Shown here piece by piece: positions 52,603-64,000 of a stretch of 64,000 bases of DNA. The DNA lies in assembly GCA_964016885.1 (NCBI GenBank), contig OZ024742.1:138570001-138634000 (forward strand), in the 5' to 3' direction. A program made the position numbers and the translations under genes. A model generated the notes under the pieces. The model made no database searches and was not told the origin of the DNA. It was given only the letters and a program-made list of their open reading frames with translations. Within the stretch, counting starts at the first letter, position 1, and every line of letters starts with the position of its first letter. Source of the stretch: Eledone cirrhosa. Its lineage: Eukaryota.

Positions 52603-53333
52603 CGGGAGCTGTATATGTGCTTATGCATATGTTGCATATGTGTGATGTATTGAGTTGTGTATGTTGTTTTATAATTTTCTTTTTACAACTGTTGATCACA
52701 TAAGCAGTGAATGCTAAACACAGCTTACATATATCACTTCAAAGATATATTTATATGATTTTATTTTTTATTGATGTTTTAACTTAGAAATGGCTGCAGC
52801 TAGTGTTTCTTAATTTATTTACATTGAGATATGCGACAAACCTTTGTAAGCAACCACCCAGTGGTTTTAGTAGCACACTGTCTTTTATTTATATAAAAAG
52901 TCAATCCCGCATTGAAATTGTATATTATAGAATGAATATTCAGCATAGAATTTGATAAGTATGTGAATGTACTCTTTTCGGTGAAAATATTTGCATAAAT
53001 CTGTCGTCTGCATTTCATTTGACACAATGTAATGGGATTATTGAGAATTATGGTGAAGAGAAGACAAAAGATAATCGCTGGTTGATCAATAAACAAGCAT
53101 CCTTGGCTTTACGAGAATCATCTGAGAAGCTATATGTCGATCGGATAGTTCACTGTTCTGTCAGTGATTGAGTCATATGTACACACATATTTCTATAACA
53201 ATTGCTGCCGGGCTAAAAGGCTCTTGATTGGTAAGGGTGCAACGATTTTCACTTAGGTTAAAATGGATTAAAATTATAAGACTAAAACCAGACTATATAT
53301 ATATATACAAACATTTATATGTGTGTGTGTGTG

Positions 53334-53366
<33 letters not shown>

Positions 53367-53398
53367 GTGTGTGTGTGTGTGTGAGTATATATGCATAT

Positions 53399-53504
<106 letters not shown>

Positions 53505-53749
53505 ATAATAGTAATAATAATAAATTTGAAGACTAAAATCAAAAGAGGGCTCGATAAGGATAAATATATATCAAATCTATAAGAACTGTACGTGCGTGTA
53601 TTTGTACACCTATGGCGAGTGTTTTCGCGTATGCTTGTGATTGTACGTATATGGATGCGTGTATGTATTTATTTATTTCATTTACCTCTGTATTTTATTT
53701 ACTTTATTCTTAACTCTGAAGCCGAGAATCATTCGGTTTCCTAGTTAGA

Positions 53750-54168
53750 ATTTTAGTCTACGACTTCAGTTATACCATTTACGTGGTTTTGTCTTTGCGT
53801 GCAATTGTTCTCCCCGCTCCACATATGACGTATTATCTTCGTTTTTTCCGTTCATTGCCAAAGAACGTCTCTATGAACCACCTAATAGAATATTAGTCTG
53901 CGACTTCTTTTATACCATAAACGTGGTTCTGTCTTTGCGTGTAATTGTTTTTCACCGCTCCAAATAATGACGTATTATATTCGTTTTTTCCCGTTCTTTG
54001 CCAGGGAACGTTTCCACGAACCAAAGTATCGTCTTCCTGTCTTCCTCCGGTTGCAACGTTTTTTGAAATATTCACTTCTGCGTACACAGATTGACTTTGT
54101 TAGTTTCAGAAGATCCCGTTAAGGGTGAAAGCAGCGATTCTTTGCTTAAACTTGAATCTGTTATTTTA

Positions 54169-54172
<4 letters not shown>
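53750..54172 (+). mobile_element. Family B element (internal tandem duplication) with a hammerhead-like motif at 54087-54160
   Basis: AGTTT-CAGAAGA-T-CCC(gttaa)GGG-T-GAAA-GCA..TGC-TT-AAACT, with extra CAGATT/AATCTG pairing. Confidence 0.7.
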
Positions 54173-54207
<35 letters not shown>

Positions 54208-54212
<5 letters not shown>

Positions 54213-54395
54213 GTTTCTACTTTTGGCACAAGGCCAGCAATTACCCAGTGCATTGTTGATATTTTATTTTATCGACTCCGTAAGGATGAAAGGCAAAGTT
54301 AACCTCGGCGGGATTTGAACTCAGAATGGCAAGGGCCGTAACTCTATGCGTCAAAGCATGGTGTCCGACCCTCTACCGATACTGCCAATCCACCA
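54208..54395 (-). mobile_element. Deu/Nin-core SINE (full length)
   Basis: Matches consensus. Confidence 0.9.
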
Positions 54396-55129
54396 CGAGT
54401 TTAAAGACTTCGTTGATATCTAATCAACTGACTTATGTTTATAACAGATACGAAGCACTCAATAGGTAATACTTATCTGGAGTATTATGATAATAATAGT
54501 CATAAACGAAAGATATAACTCTATATCATCACTATTTATTTCATTATATATATTTCGGGGATGCAAAACTTTATGTTTAATATAAATCAAAGCATGCTTT
54601 CTTCAGACAAAATACATATGCGATGTAGAAATTGTTTCATGAGATACTCGTAAGAATGAACTTTACAGATCAGTGACAGGCGGGTATATGATTTTAAAAT
54701 CTCAAAATTTCCTAGGATGTAATATTAGTGTGAAAGATAAAAATAAAAAGTAAAAAATAAAAACAGTTAATTTACCATAGGCGCTGAGCTAGCCAGCCGC
54801 AGGTGTGAGCCCCGTGAGTTGGAATGGCTCTTCCAGCGCACCTCCCTTACCATCCTCCGGAGAAACGCCTTCTCAATTCTATCCGCCGGGGACCACATTG
54901 GCTCACCATACGGATTAAAACATACAAGCACAAGATATGTAATCATTCAAAACTCCTTTATCTCCCTTCACTCGATGATCTTTCTTGTTTTTATACTATG
55001 TTTTTAAAAATAACATAATTTGTCTGAAGAAGGCATGCTCTCTATATATCTATTTATTAACTTATCTATCTTCCTTGAGAGAAATGTAGATCGTTAGAGA
55101 CAGACATACCTATAAATGTATATGTAACA

Positions 55130-55930
55130 ATGACCTCTACAGGACATGGTCTTTTGGTTTGGTTTTGTAGTTTTCTGGCTTGTGAGTTGGTGGGAGGCAA
55201 GGTGTTTCTTTTGTGAGCTTCCTCAGATTTTCTTTTTTCTTTTTAGGGGGGGGAATTACACCTAATGTCTCCGCGAGAGGAAGAGGTATGTGTCCGAGAA
55301 ATCCTGCAGAGATTGGGTTGGATGTTCGTTTGTGTGGGTGTCTATGTCTGTATGTGTTAATTTGAAGAAAGGGAAGAGAGATAGGAAAAAGGAGAGCTGA
55401 GTTGGGAGAACCCATGAGTGGATTTCTTTATTGTGTTTTTTTTTTCTTTCTGTTGACATCATTAGTAGTGGTGGTGTTGCTGTTGTTGTTGTGGCTGCTG
55501 GGAGTCTTGTGTTAGCAGCAGGGCGTGGGGCATATGGTTCTCTGTCATGTATTGAGGGGAGAAAGCTCTCAACTAGTTTGTGTGACCACATAGATGCCAA
55601 CGATTTTGCCCTAAATACCAACATGGAAGTCTTCCCAAACAAATAAGCGATTAATATCTGGGATCTTGTCGATCTTAACTAGTTTGATGTAGAGGTAGAT
55701 GAACCTCCACACTGATACCAAACCGGATTTTTTTCGCTGGGATTTTCTCGCTTTGAGGAGGATGGTGACTACTTTCTAGAATGATGCAAGCCATGATCCA
55801 CCAGATATCCAGCTCTGGAGAGGATTCCCGAAACCTTGACTCAAAATACAACGGATAAAGTATGTAATCCTCAGTCCGAGAGAGACAACAGTGTTTTACC
55901 GCGACGGCTTCACACTTTTGAAGAGCATTA
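55130..55930 (-). mobile_element. Tx1 ORF1 remnant
   Basis: RFRESSPELDIWWIM resembles RIPRIPPGLDMWWLL of copy 1; Pro/Thr/Lys-rich tail. Confidence 0.6.
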
Positions 55931-56007
55931 AAATGCTTCCAAATATACATGCGTGTATACGTGTGTGTACGTATATTTATATTTATCTCTCTATATACGA
56001 TTAAGGG

Positions 56008-56198
56008 AGGTGGATTGGCAGTATCGGTAGAGGTTCGGACGCCATGCTTTGATGCATAGAGTTTTGGCCCTTGCCATTCTGAGTTCAAATCCCGCCAAGG
56101 TTAATTTTGCCTTTCATCCTTACAGGGTCGATAAAATAAAGTACCAGTAATGCACTGGGTAATTGCTGGCCTTGTGCCAAAAGTAGAAACGATTAATT
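56008..56198 (+). mobile_element. Deu/Nin-core SINE (full length)
   Basis: Matches consensus. Confidence 0.9.
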
Positions 56199-56237
<39 letters not shown>

Positions 56238-56522
56238 ATCTTATATTTAGAAAGAGAAATAGATGGACTGGACTGAGTAATAGATATACAGATAGAGATG
56301 TCGATAGGTGTAGACTCTACCTCTTACTTTCCCATTTGAATACCTTTCTCCTTTTTCTTTTTATTAATTGCAAAAATTATTTGAAGAAAAATTTAATTGA
56401 AGTTTGGTATAGAAAGCTTTTCCACATTTGAAAAATGTACGCAAAAATAAACAAATCGGTCGAATAGTTACTCTTGCTTTGTTCTCCTCCTGGTTATCTC
56501 CATTGAAAGAATTATCTGCCTC

Positions 56523-56803
56523 ATAATTGTTTTTACTTTAGGCACAAGGCCAGTGATTTGAAGAGGAGAAGAAAGTCGATTAAATCGAATCCAGTGAATT
56601 ATTGCTGCTTTATTTTAACGACCCCGTAAAGATGAAAGGTAAAGATAACTTCGGCGGGATTTGAAACCAGAACGTAAAGGGCCGTAACTCTATTCCTCAA
56701 AGCATGGCGTCCGATGTTACATAATTGTTTCTACTTTTAGGCACAAGGCCAGCAATTACCCAGTGCATTACTGGTACTTTATTTTATCGACCCCGTAAGG
56801 ATG
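56523..56803 (-). mobile_element. Two tandem Deu/Nin-core SINEs (one is a 3' fragment)
   Basis: Tails at 56523 and 56721. Confidence 0.8.
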
Positions 56804-57180
56804 TTACATAATGTGAATATCTTCTACAGTGCGTTCTTGTGTGAGTGTGTTTTTTTTACTCAGTGTGTGTATATATGTAGCTTTCGGGCACACAACCTGT
56901 ATACACACGCATACGGCTGCATCATCTACCTATATATCTACATCCACGGTCATTATAACACCATCTTCCCCTACTCTTTCTCATGTGTATACGCATATAC
57001 ACTCCATCACACACCACTGTCACACACATATGTGTAATGTATGTAATGTATGTATGTGTATGCATGTAATGTATGTACGTATGTGCATATATATATATAT
57101 ATATACATATATATATAGAGAGAGAGAGAGTGATACACACACACGTGCGCGCGCACGCAAACACACACACACGTATATAT

Positions 57181-57447
57181 ATATATTAATTCAAAATATT
57201 AATAAATATAGACATTCATGTGATCAAATATATTTTATTATACATATTTCAGAGGTATTGTGCTGTTTCCTCAGACTGCCAAGACTGGAACTGAACCATC
57301 AGCAAAGTTGAGGTATGTCAGACATCAATTTATTTTATCTGATGAGGACGTACTGAGGAAACAGCACAGTACCTCTGAAATATATATAATAAAATATATT
57401 TGATCGCATGAATGTCTATATTTATTAATATTTTTTTAATTAATATT
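57181..57447. repeat. Inverted repeat (about 94-bp arms) overlapping a hammerhead
   Basis: 57181-57274 versus 57353-57447. Confidence 0.88.
57331..57396 (+). ncRNA. Type I hammerhead, fully canonical core
   Basis: TATTTTAT-CTGATGA-GGACGTACTG(aggaaacagca)CAGTACCTCT-GAAA-TATATA-TA-ATAAAATA; 8-bp stem I, palindromic stem III. Confidence 0.85.
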
Positions 57448-57539
57448 AATAACTCCAGAAAACTTCGTTGTTGAATGCTTCTAATCTATTGTAAAACTAT
57501 ATTCGTTGATTAATCAATGAACCTTGTTTAACGTTTGGT

Positions 57540-57650
<111 letters not shown>

Positions 57651-58166
57651 CTCTGATCGACTGATCGAACGGAATGAGAGTATATCTGAATGTATAGAAA
57701 GATTAGAAAACTCAATGCAAGAATAGCTGTTAAAAGAACCAAATACTTTCGTTGATAACATTGGGTAAAAATACTTCAGGGGACAGAGATCAATAGCTAC
57801 TGCTCGACAGAGAGACAATCCACGATGTGGGTGACAGGCAGATGTGATATAGAAAGGATTAAGAGAAGGAGGAGTGTATCCACAGACGCATAGATGTGAC
57901 TGGAAGAAGGAAATAAAACAAGGTTGGTTACTCTTGGTTTTATCTTTTCATGATTATCTCCCTTGAACGAATTTCTTATCTGCACAATCACGACTGTTTT
58001 TATACGATTGTCTCAGATGTTTATTTTTTATTTCACACACACACACACGCGCGCACACACACACACATATATATACATATATATATATACATATATATAC
58101 ATATATATATACATATATATATATACATATATATATATATTATATATATATTATATATATATTTGT

Positions 58167-58254
58167 TGCCTTTCATCCTTACGGGGTCGATAAAATAAAG
58201 TACCAGTAATGTACTGGTTAATTGCTGGCCTTGTGCCAAAAAGTAGAAAGAATT
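58167..58254 (+). mobile_element. Deu/Nin-core SINE 3' half
   Basis: Core and tail. Confidence 0.85.
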
Positions 58255-58626
58255 ATATATATATATATATATATTTGTATATAACATATATATATTTATA
58301 TTCCGCATCTAAGTGTACGAGTGTCCAGGCGTTTTTATGCGCGCGACTTTATATTCTTATATTTACGATGTAACCATTTCTGTCTGTATAATACAGACAT
58401 ATAGATACACTTGCCCTAAATTTTTATAATTACGCACACTTTCTAACCATACATTTACACGTGCACATATACATATATGCACATCTATGAGCGTATATAC
58501 ATACACATACACACACCTAACTATTTTTCTTGATAGATTTTTATATATTTCAATTTCTATTTCATTTATCTATATATTTTTTTGATTTTCTTGATGTGTT
58601 TTTCTAAGTATTTGCCCATGTTTTAT

Positions 58627-58704
58627 ATTGCCTCGTCTGACGAACGAATGAAGTCGTTTATTTCGTATTCGCCTCATTCGGGAAACCTCTGGTAATGAGG
58701 TAAT
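58627..58704 (+). ncRNA. Type I hammerhead (CUGACGA core, GUA site)
   Basis: ATTGCCTCGT-CTGACGA-A-CGAATGA..TCATTCG-G-GAAA-CC(tct)GG-TA-ATGAGGTAAT. Confidence 0.8.
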
Positions 58705-58805
58705 TATATTGTATTGATTTTATACATTAAATTTTGCTCTGATACTGACATAGAGCACTCTTCATTTCTATGACCTTTTCTGTTTCCAACTGAAATTTCA
58801 ATACT

Positions 58806-58908
<103 letters not shown>

Positions 58909-58997
58909 GTACCTATATATATATAATATAAATATATATATGTTATATACAAATATATATATACATATATATATATAATATATATATGCTGTAAAAG

Positions 58998-61420
58998 ATG
59001 GACGTGAGCAAGTATAAACAGTTCATCTATAAAGAACTACACAAAGACTATAAAAAGACACCCACTAGTACCTTAAATGACATAAATAGAGTAGGGAAGG
59101 ATATAGTTACTGGCTTAGAAATAGATAAGTACACAAACCTTTATGTCCCTTTGGCGCCTAGGTTCTCTCTTAAGGATCACAAATGTAACTTTAATGAAAG
59201 CCCCTCTATTAGATTAATTTGTCCCTCTACATCTGATATAGGTAAGATTAGTAAAGTGATCCTGGTTAGAGTACTACTGGAGCTCAATAGAAAAGCTAAG
59301 GTCTGCCTCTGGAGCAACACCGACCAGGTCATAGATTGGTTCACCAAGTTGCCTGATAAAGCGACCATGAAGTTCATCCAGTTTGACATAGATAGTTACT
59401 ACGCCTCTATCTCCCTTATACTCTTAAATAAGGCACTCATCTTATCTAAATCTAACACTAGCCTCACTAAAAACGAGATAGATATAGTTCTAGCAGCGCG
59501 TAGAACCATTATCCAGTTCGAAGGCTCCCACTGGACCAGAACCAACCGTCCTGATAACTTCGATATCACGACGGGGTCCAGCGACTCGGCGCAAGCAACC
59601 GACCTGGTCTGGATATACCTCCTCCATAGACTTAGTGACGAGATACCGGCTCTACAAGGAGGTGTATATAGAGACGACACCTTGTTTACCGTTAGAAACC
59701 ATAGCCTCCGCAAGATAGAGAACCTTAACAAGCACATACAGAGGTTCTACAAGTCATACGGCCTATCTGTGACTATGGACCTCAACCACCAGGTTGTCAA
59801 CTCCCTGGACATAACCCTGGAGTTGAGTACAGGCCTATACAAGCCATACCATAAGCCCGGAGAGAGTCTATCTCATATTAATTATGCCTCTAACCACCCT
59901 AAGCAGACTCTCAACTCCATAGTTTATAGCATTTCACATAGGATCTCGAGGCTCTCCACCAATGAGGATATCTTCAACCAAGCGGCAGATTACTATAATA
60001 AGGCCTTGCTAAGTGCCGGATTTAACCGAAGAATCTCCTACATCCCTAATGCTAGCTCCGGAAACCACCCCTCTCATAAGACTAATGTTATAGTAAGCCA
60101 CACCTATAACCAAACGCGCAACGGCTTTGAAAGAGTCAGAAATAATAGTATAAAGAAGCCGCAACGTCAATTACACAAATGATGGTGTAGAAAGCCTACC
60201 ACACAATAAGGATCACGACCCCGGTGACCACTGTAGCCTACCTGAATTATTCCCCTACTATAAGATCAACAAAGGCGATGGCCTACTACCAACGCCTTCC
60301 ATCCAACGTCTTGCTATACATAAACGTAACAGAAGGAAGCCGAGTGCACCCGAGCATAAAGCGAAAGGGACACAACGGGCTACAGCACAATAACATGCAT
60401 AAGAACGGTCACCCTGATAGCACAACCCTTAGAAAGCATACAAAGACACGGAATCGCCAACGTAACGTCCTATGGTTCCATCCTCCCTACTCTCGGAGTG
60501 TGGCATCCGACATACCCCGGATATTCTTCGAAGCCTTAGAGAAGAACTTCCCACCCAACCATAAATATAGGAAAATCCTTAATAAGAACAATATAAAAAT
60601 ATCCTTCTCTACTACTCCCAACCTAGCAGACATCATAGGAACAACTAATCACAGTAAGATCACCAAAACACAGCACCTTAGCACCGATACACCTAGACCT
60701 GACAACAACCATATCGGCCTTAACGACTCCCTAGCAGCACCCAATAATGCTGGCAACAGCCACAACAGACGCAACCAACACAACCGCGACATGACTGGGG
60801 AATATGCAAGTGACCCGTACGGGTCACCCGACGACAACAGAAGGCGCTGCAGCGTGCGGAGTGATAATGGTACTACTCCGCGCGCAGTGGGATATAATGG
60901 TACTGACGACAGGTATAGAGACGTAGGTAACAACATAGATAGCAATAATAATAGCCTTACGTTGGTAACTAGAAGGGACTGCGACCGAAATTGCAACTGT
61001 CGTGACAGGGGACGCCGCCCCCTTAGAGGAAACTGCCTGACTGATAAGGTTACTTATATGTGCACCGTAACTAGTCATAATAGCGTTAAACATTATATAG
61101 GGGCAACCTCTGGCCCGTTCAAAAATAGATTTCGAACACATCTCCACTCTTTCGCAAACAAGAAACTAAGACACTCCACTTCGCTCGCGAACTACATCAC
61201 AGCATTAAAAGACACAAAGATCAGCTTCTCCACGCACTGGGAAATTGTCGGCAGGGCACCACCATACAATTTCAAGAGGAAGTGCGAGCTTTGCCTCATG
61301 GAGCTTTACCATATCATAACGGCACCCCATGAGCTCATTAACAGCAGAGCAGAAACAGCGATGAGCTGCACACACCGCTTAAAAATCTCTTACTCCAAAT
61401 GGAATAAGAATGGGGCGTGA
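58998..61420 (+). pseudogene. PLE RT and GIY-YIG endonuclease, one frameshift between 60182 and 60224
   Basis: LKDHK, IRLICP, FDIDSYY, GVYRDD, YKPYHKP, SNHP; WFHPPYS, CNCR..GNCL..VTY..YIGAT..FKNRFRTH..CELCLME..INSRAE..CTH. Confidence 0.88.
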
Positions 61421-61457
61421 AAACCGTAAAACGGGTCACCCTGCACCAAACCTTAAC

Positions 61458-61597
61458 ACCCCGGCGGGCAGGGGTTGCAAAAAGCATCTGGAAACTAACC
61501 ATGCATCCCAGACCCGGCGTGAATCGACCCCGACGGGCAGGCGCTGCAAACAAACATTTGGAAACTAACTTGCATCCCTGACCCTGCCTGAATCGAC
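61458..61597 (+). repeat. About 70-bp tandem duplication in the PLE 3' region
   Basis: CCCCG(G/A)CGGGCAGG..GGAAACTAAC..GCATCCC..TGAATCGAC occurs twice. Confidence 0.8.
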
Positions 61598-61783
61598 AAT
61601 GGTAAAGCAGTAACCACAAAATACTAACGGGTAACAAATAGCCTGGGGAACACTGCTCTAACACCGGCTGGAGTTATCTCCCTTGCAATATCTATACATG
61701 TTTTTTTACGAAGAATGAACTGTGATGTGAACTTATCTGTAAAACCCCTTCTGGGTCACGTAAGGAACACTCTTTAGTTTGTT

Positions 61784-61825
61784 ATGCTCTTGAGAAGCCC
61801 TTTCGGGCGAAACGTACGTAGGTGC
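61784..61825 (+). ncRNA. pLTR hammerhead, U3-A8 variant
   Basis: ATGCTC-TTGAGAA-GCCC(tttc)GGGC-GAAA-CGTACG-TA-GGTGC; palindromic stem III; stem I imperfect. Confidence 0.75.
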
Positions 61826-61859
61826 TGTTTTAAATAAACATGTTTTAACGGTTTGTTCT

Positions 61860-61930
<71 letters not shown>

Positions 61931-62255
61931 CTTTGATAGGTTCCAGCCAGTATTGGCCCAGGCCATGTCTAACTTAATAGCGCTACCTGGCGAAGTCTTT
62001 CGAATCAGGATTTGGACACCATGGTGGTCCACTCAAGTAGAGAGACCTATCCGGGTGTAGGAGGTTTATCCGGGATTTCTTGAAGGAATTTCTCCAAAGA
62101 CTTCTTGAACTTTATGGGGTCTGTTTCCATTTTAATGTGTTTTGGTGTAATGTTAAGGAGAGTGTGGCCAATTCAAATGAAATAATTGTGCCGTATTGTT
62201 TTCTAACTTTCACACACAACTTTTATCTACCTACCAGTTCTCTTCTTATCCGAAC

Positions 62256-62290
62256 TTTTCTGATGAATGACTCCTGACCGAAACGTCGAA
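62256..62290 (+). ncRNA. Minimal hammerhead remnant
   Basis: TTT-CTGATGA-atgactcctgacc-GAAA-CG-TC-GAA; stem II poorly paired. Confidence 0.45.
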
Positions 62291-62375
62291 CCCTCTCCCA
62301 TTTTCTCCAAGCGTGAACCTAATATAACTGTGTATTTTTGCAGCCATGTGTTTGTTCTGTTTATCTATCCATCTA

Positions 62376-62461
<86 letters not shown>

Positions 62462-62649
62462 AAGACGAGGGGGGGGGCGCGTCACGAGTGATATTGTGAT
62501 ATTAGTAATAATTATAAACTCCATAAACTGGTCACTGGCCGTCGGAGTTGGCGTAAAGAGCTTCTGACCCCTACCGATGGCAGTGTTGGTTCATTCGGGG
62601 TCAGAGTTTCTGACAAAATAGTTAAATTCTGGTGAGAAACCCCACGGAA

Positions 62650-62922
62650 AACCCCGGATTACTCTGGTGTACACAAGTGATGCGTATAGGTGATTATTGA
62701 GTGAAGAAGTGCCAAGAGTTCCGCGCGAAGCAAGAACAACAAAGAATTAAACATAAGCGGTGAAAGGTGAATTCAAATCGTTGAACCCCACTGAGGAGGA
62801 GACGAAGGAACGCAGAAGATGGAGGTAGACTATGCTGGAAATGCTCCGTCCAACCCATGCGACGTAAAAAGGTGGTGATGATGATGACGACAACAACGAC
62901 GAGGACAACGATGATGATGATG
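62650..62922 (+). mobile_element. LINE/SINE 3' end (RTE-like) with (GAT)n tail
   Basis: ERRRWR-like reading, then CGTCCAACCCATGC..GATGATGATG. Confidence 0.5.
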
Positions 62923-64000
62923 TAATTGACTCAATAAAATATTTTGAGTCATTTCCAGTACTTTACAATCTTGTTAAAAACCTGCCGATATAAGTTTTAT
63001 ATCTTTCCACTTTTCTGGGTTCATAAGACGCAGTCGCTGACCAGATATATGGATGAGGAGTATTGCTAAAACATTGAATAAGAAACTTTGTGGCATTGTT
63101 CTGGATCGTTACTTTTTTTAGTATAAATCAAGTATGGCCTACCTTCGTTACCATAAGTCTAATAAATGACAGATTTATGCTTTCAAACAATTTTGGTAAC
63201 AATAAAAAATTTGACCGGATTCAATAACAGAAAATTCTAGTTACTTTACAGCTTCCCTCGTTTTCCATTTTTCATTTAGTTATATTGTTTTCTTTTCTTT
63301 TATGCCTATTCTTCCTCTCGTTGGCCTTCTATATTTAAGATTTTGCTCATTTTATTTTTGTCTTTGGTTATCTTGCTCTTTGTTTCTCAATTGTAAGAAG
63401 TAAAAGATACTTCCACTTATCTGCCAAGCCTTACTAGTTCTATACGGACATTGAAATTGATAAAATAATATAACTACCTTTCTCATTATCAAGCTGGTGT
63501 TTGTAACATTATAGGGTTCTAACATAAAATTATGATGGATGGATGGAAGGCTTTTTAATAAATAAACATTTAAAAACTGTTTTGTACCATAGAACTAAGG
63601 ATACCAAAAGGTTAACACTTCACTCAGTTTTATACCACTACCTTTTTCTTAAGTGATTTTAAAACATGTCTAAAATAAAAATTAAAATAAAAAGATAGAA
63701 CTGTCCCACATTTGATCGCGGGTTTACAGGATCATGGCTGACCTGGGACTAAACAACAGCACTAAGAACAAAATAACGAAAACAATTACAAGAACAATAA
63801 CAACAGCAATAAATTACAACAAAAATTAACACAAGAGACAAAATAAAAGCCATAAGACTTAGATGAATTTATTAAGTTGATCATTCTTTAGAGTTGACAT
63901 GGCTTCACACGATCGGCAGTAAAATCTTGAGTGAGATCTGAACACATGTGTGTTCGCGTGTGGGTATGTAATTTCTCCCTTTATATATATGTATACACTC

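Larger units (their letters stand above)
58990..61862 (+). mobile_element. Penelope-like element, Naiad-like, 5'-truncated, between (TA)n tracts
   Basis: RT and GIY-YIG ORFs plus a 3' pLTR with a hammerhead. Confidence 0.88.

Noticed and set aside
54589-55040. Short inverted pair TTTGTCTGAAGAA(A/G)GCATGCT as TIRs or hammerheads
   Set aside because: No GAAA after stem II and no TSD found.
60180-60182. TGA in the Naiad-like ORF as a possible selenocysteine codon
   Set aside because: The downstream ORF is in a different frame, a TAA follows within ten codons, the site is in a non-conserved linker, and I saw no SECIS.

Overview
AT-rich, microsatellite-dense eukaryotic DNA made almost entirely of transposable elements. 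The SINE types and repeat landscape resemble a cephalopod (octopus-like) genome, which is an inference. I found no host protein-coding gene. Contents: (i) 1.3-19.7 kb, a cluster of Tx1-clade LINEs inserted into (ATT)n tracts, plus an R4/Dong-like remnant; (ii) 19.7-23.4 kb, a non-autonomous hAT-like element with an 8-bp TSD that splits a Tx1 fragment and carries a Helitron Pif1 fragment and a palindrome with two tRNA-like Pol III units; (iii) an apparently intact RTE LINE (1181 aa; APE endonuclease, RT, three C2H2 fingers); (iv) a Naiad-like Penelope element and a second degenerate Penelope-like element (PLE); (v) many tRNA/Deu(Nin)-core SINEs. The main signal the ORF track misses is a dense set of type I hammerhead ribozyme motifs, about 15 motifs from about 10 unrelated sequence families between 25 and 62.3 kb. 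Most sit in short non-coding elements among (TA)n tracts, and several lie in long fold-back inverted repeats. Three families show the compensatory U3-A8 core pair and three show a U.U mismatch at the base of stem II. All ribozyme calls were folded by eye and none has been tested for activity. Boundaries of degenerate elements are approximate.
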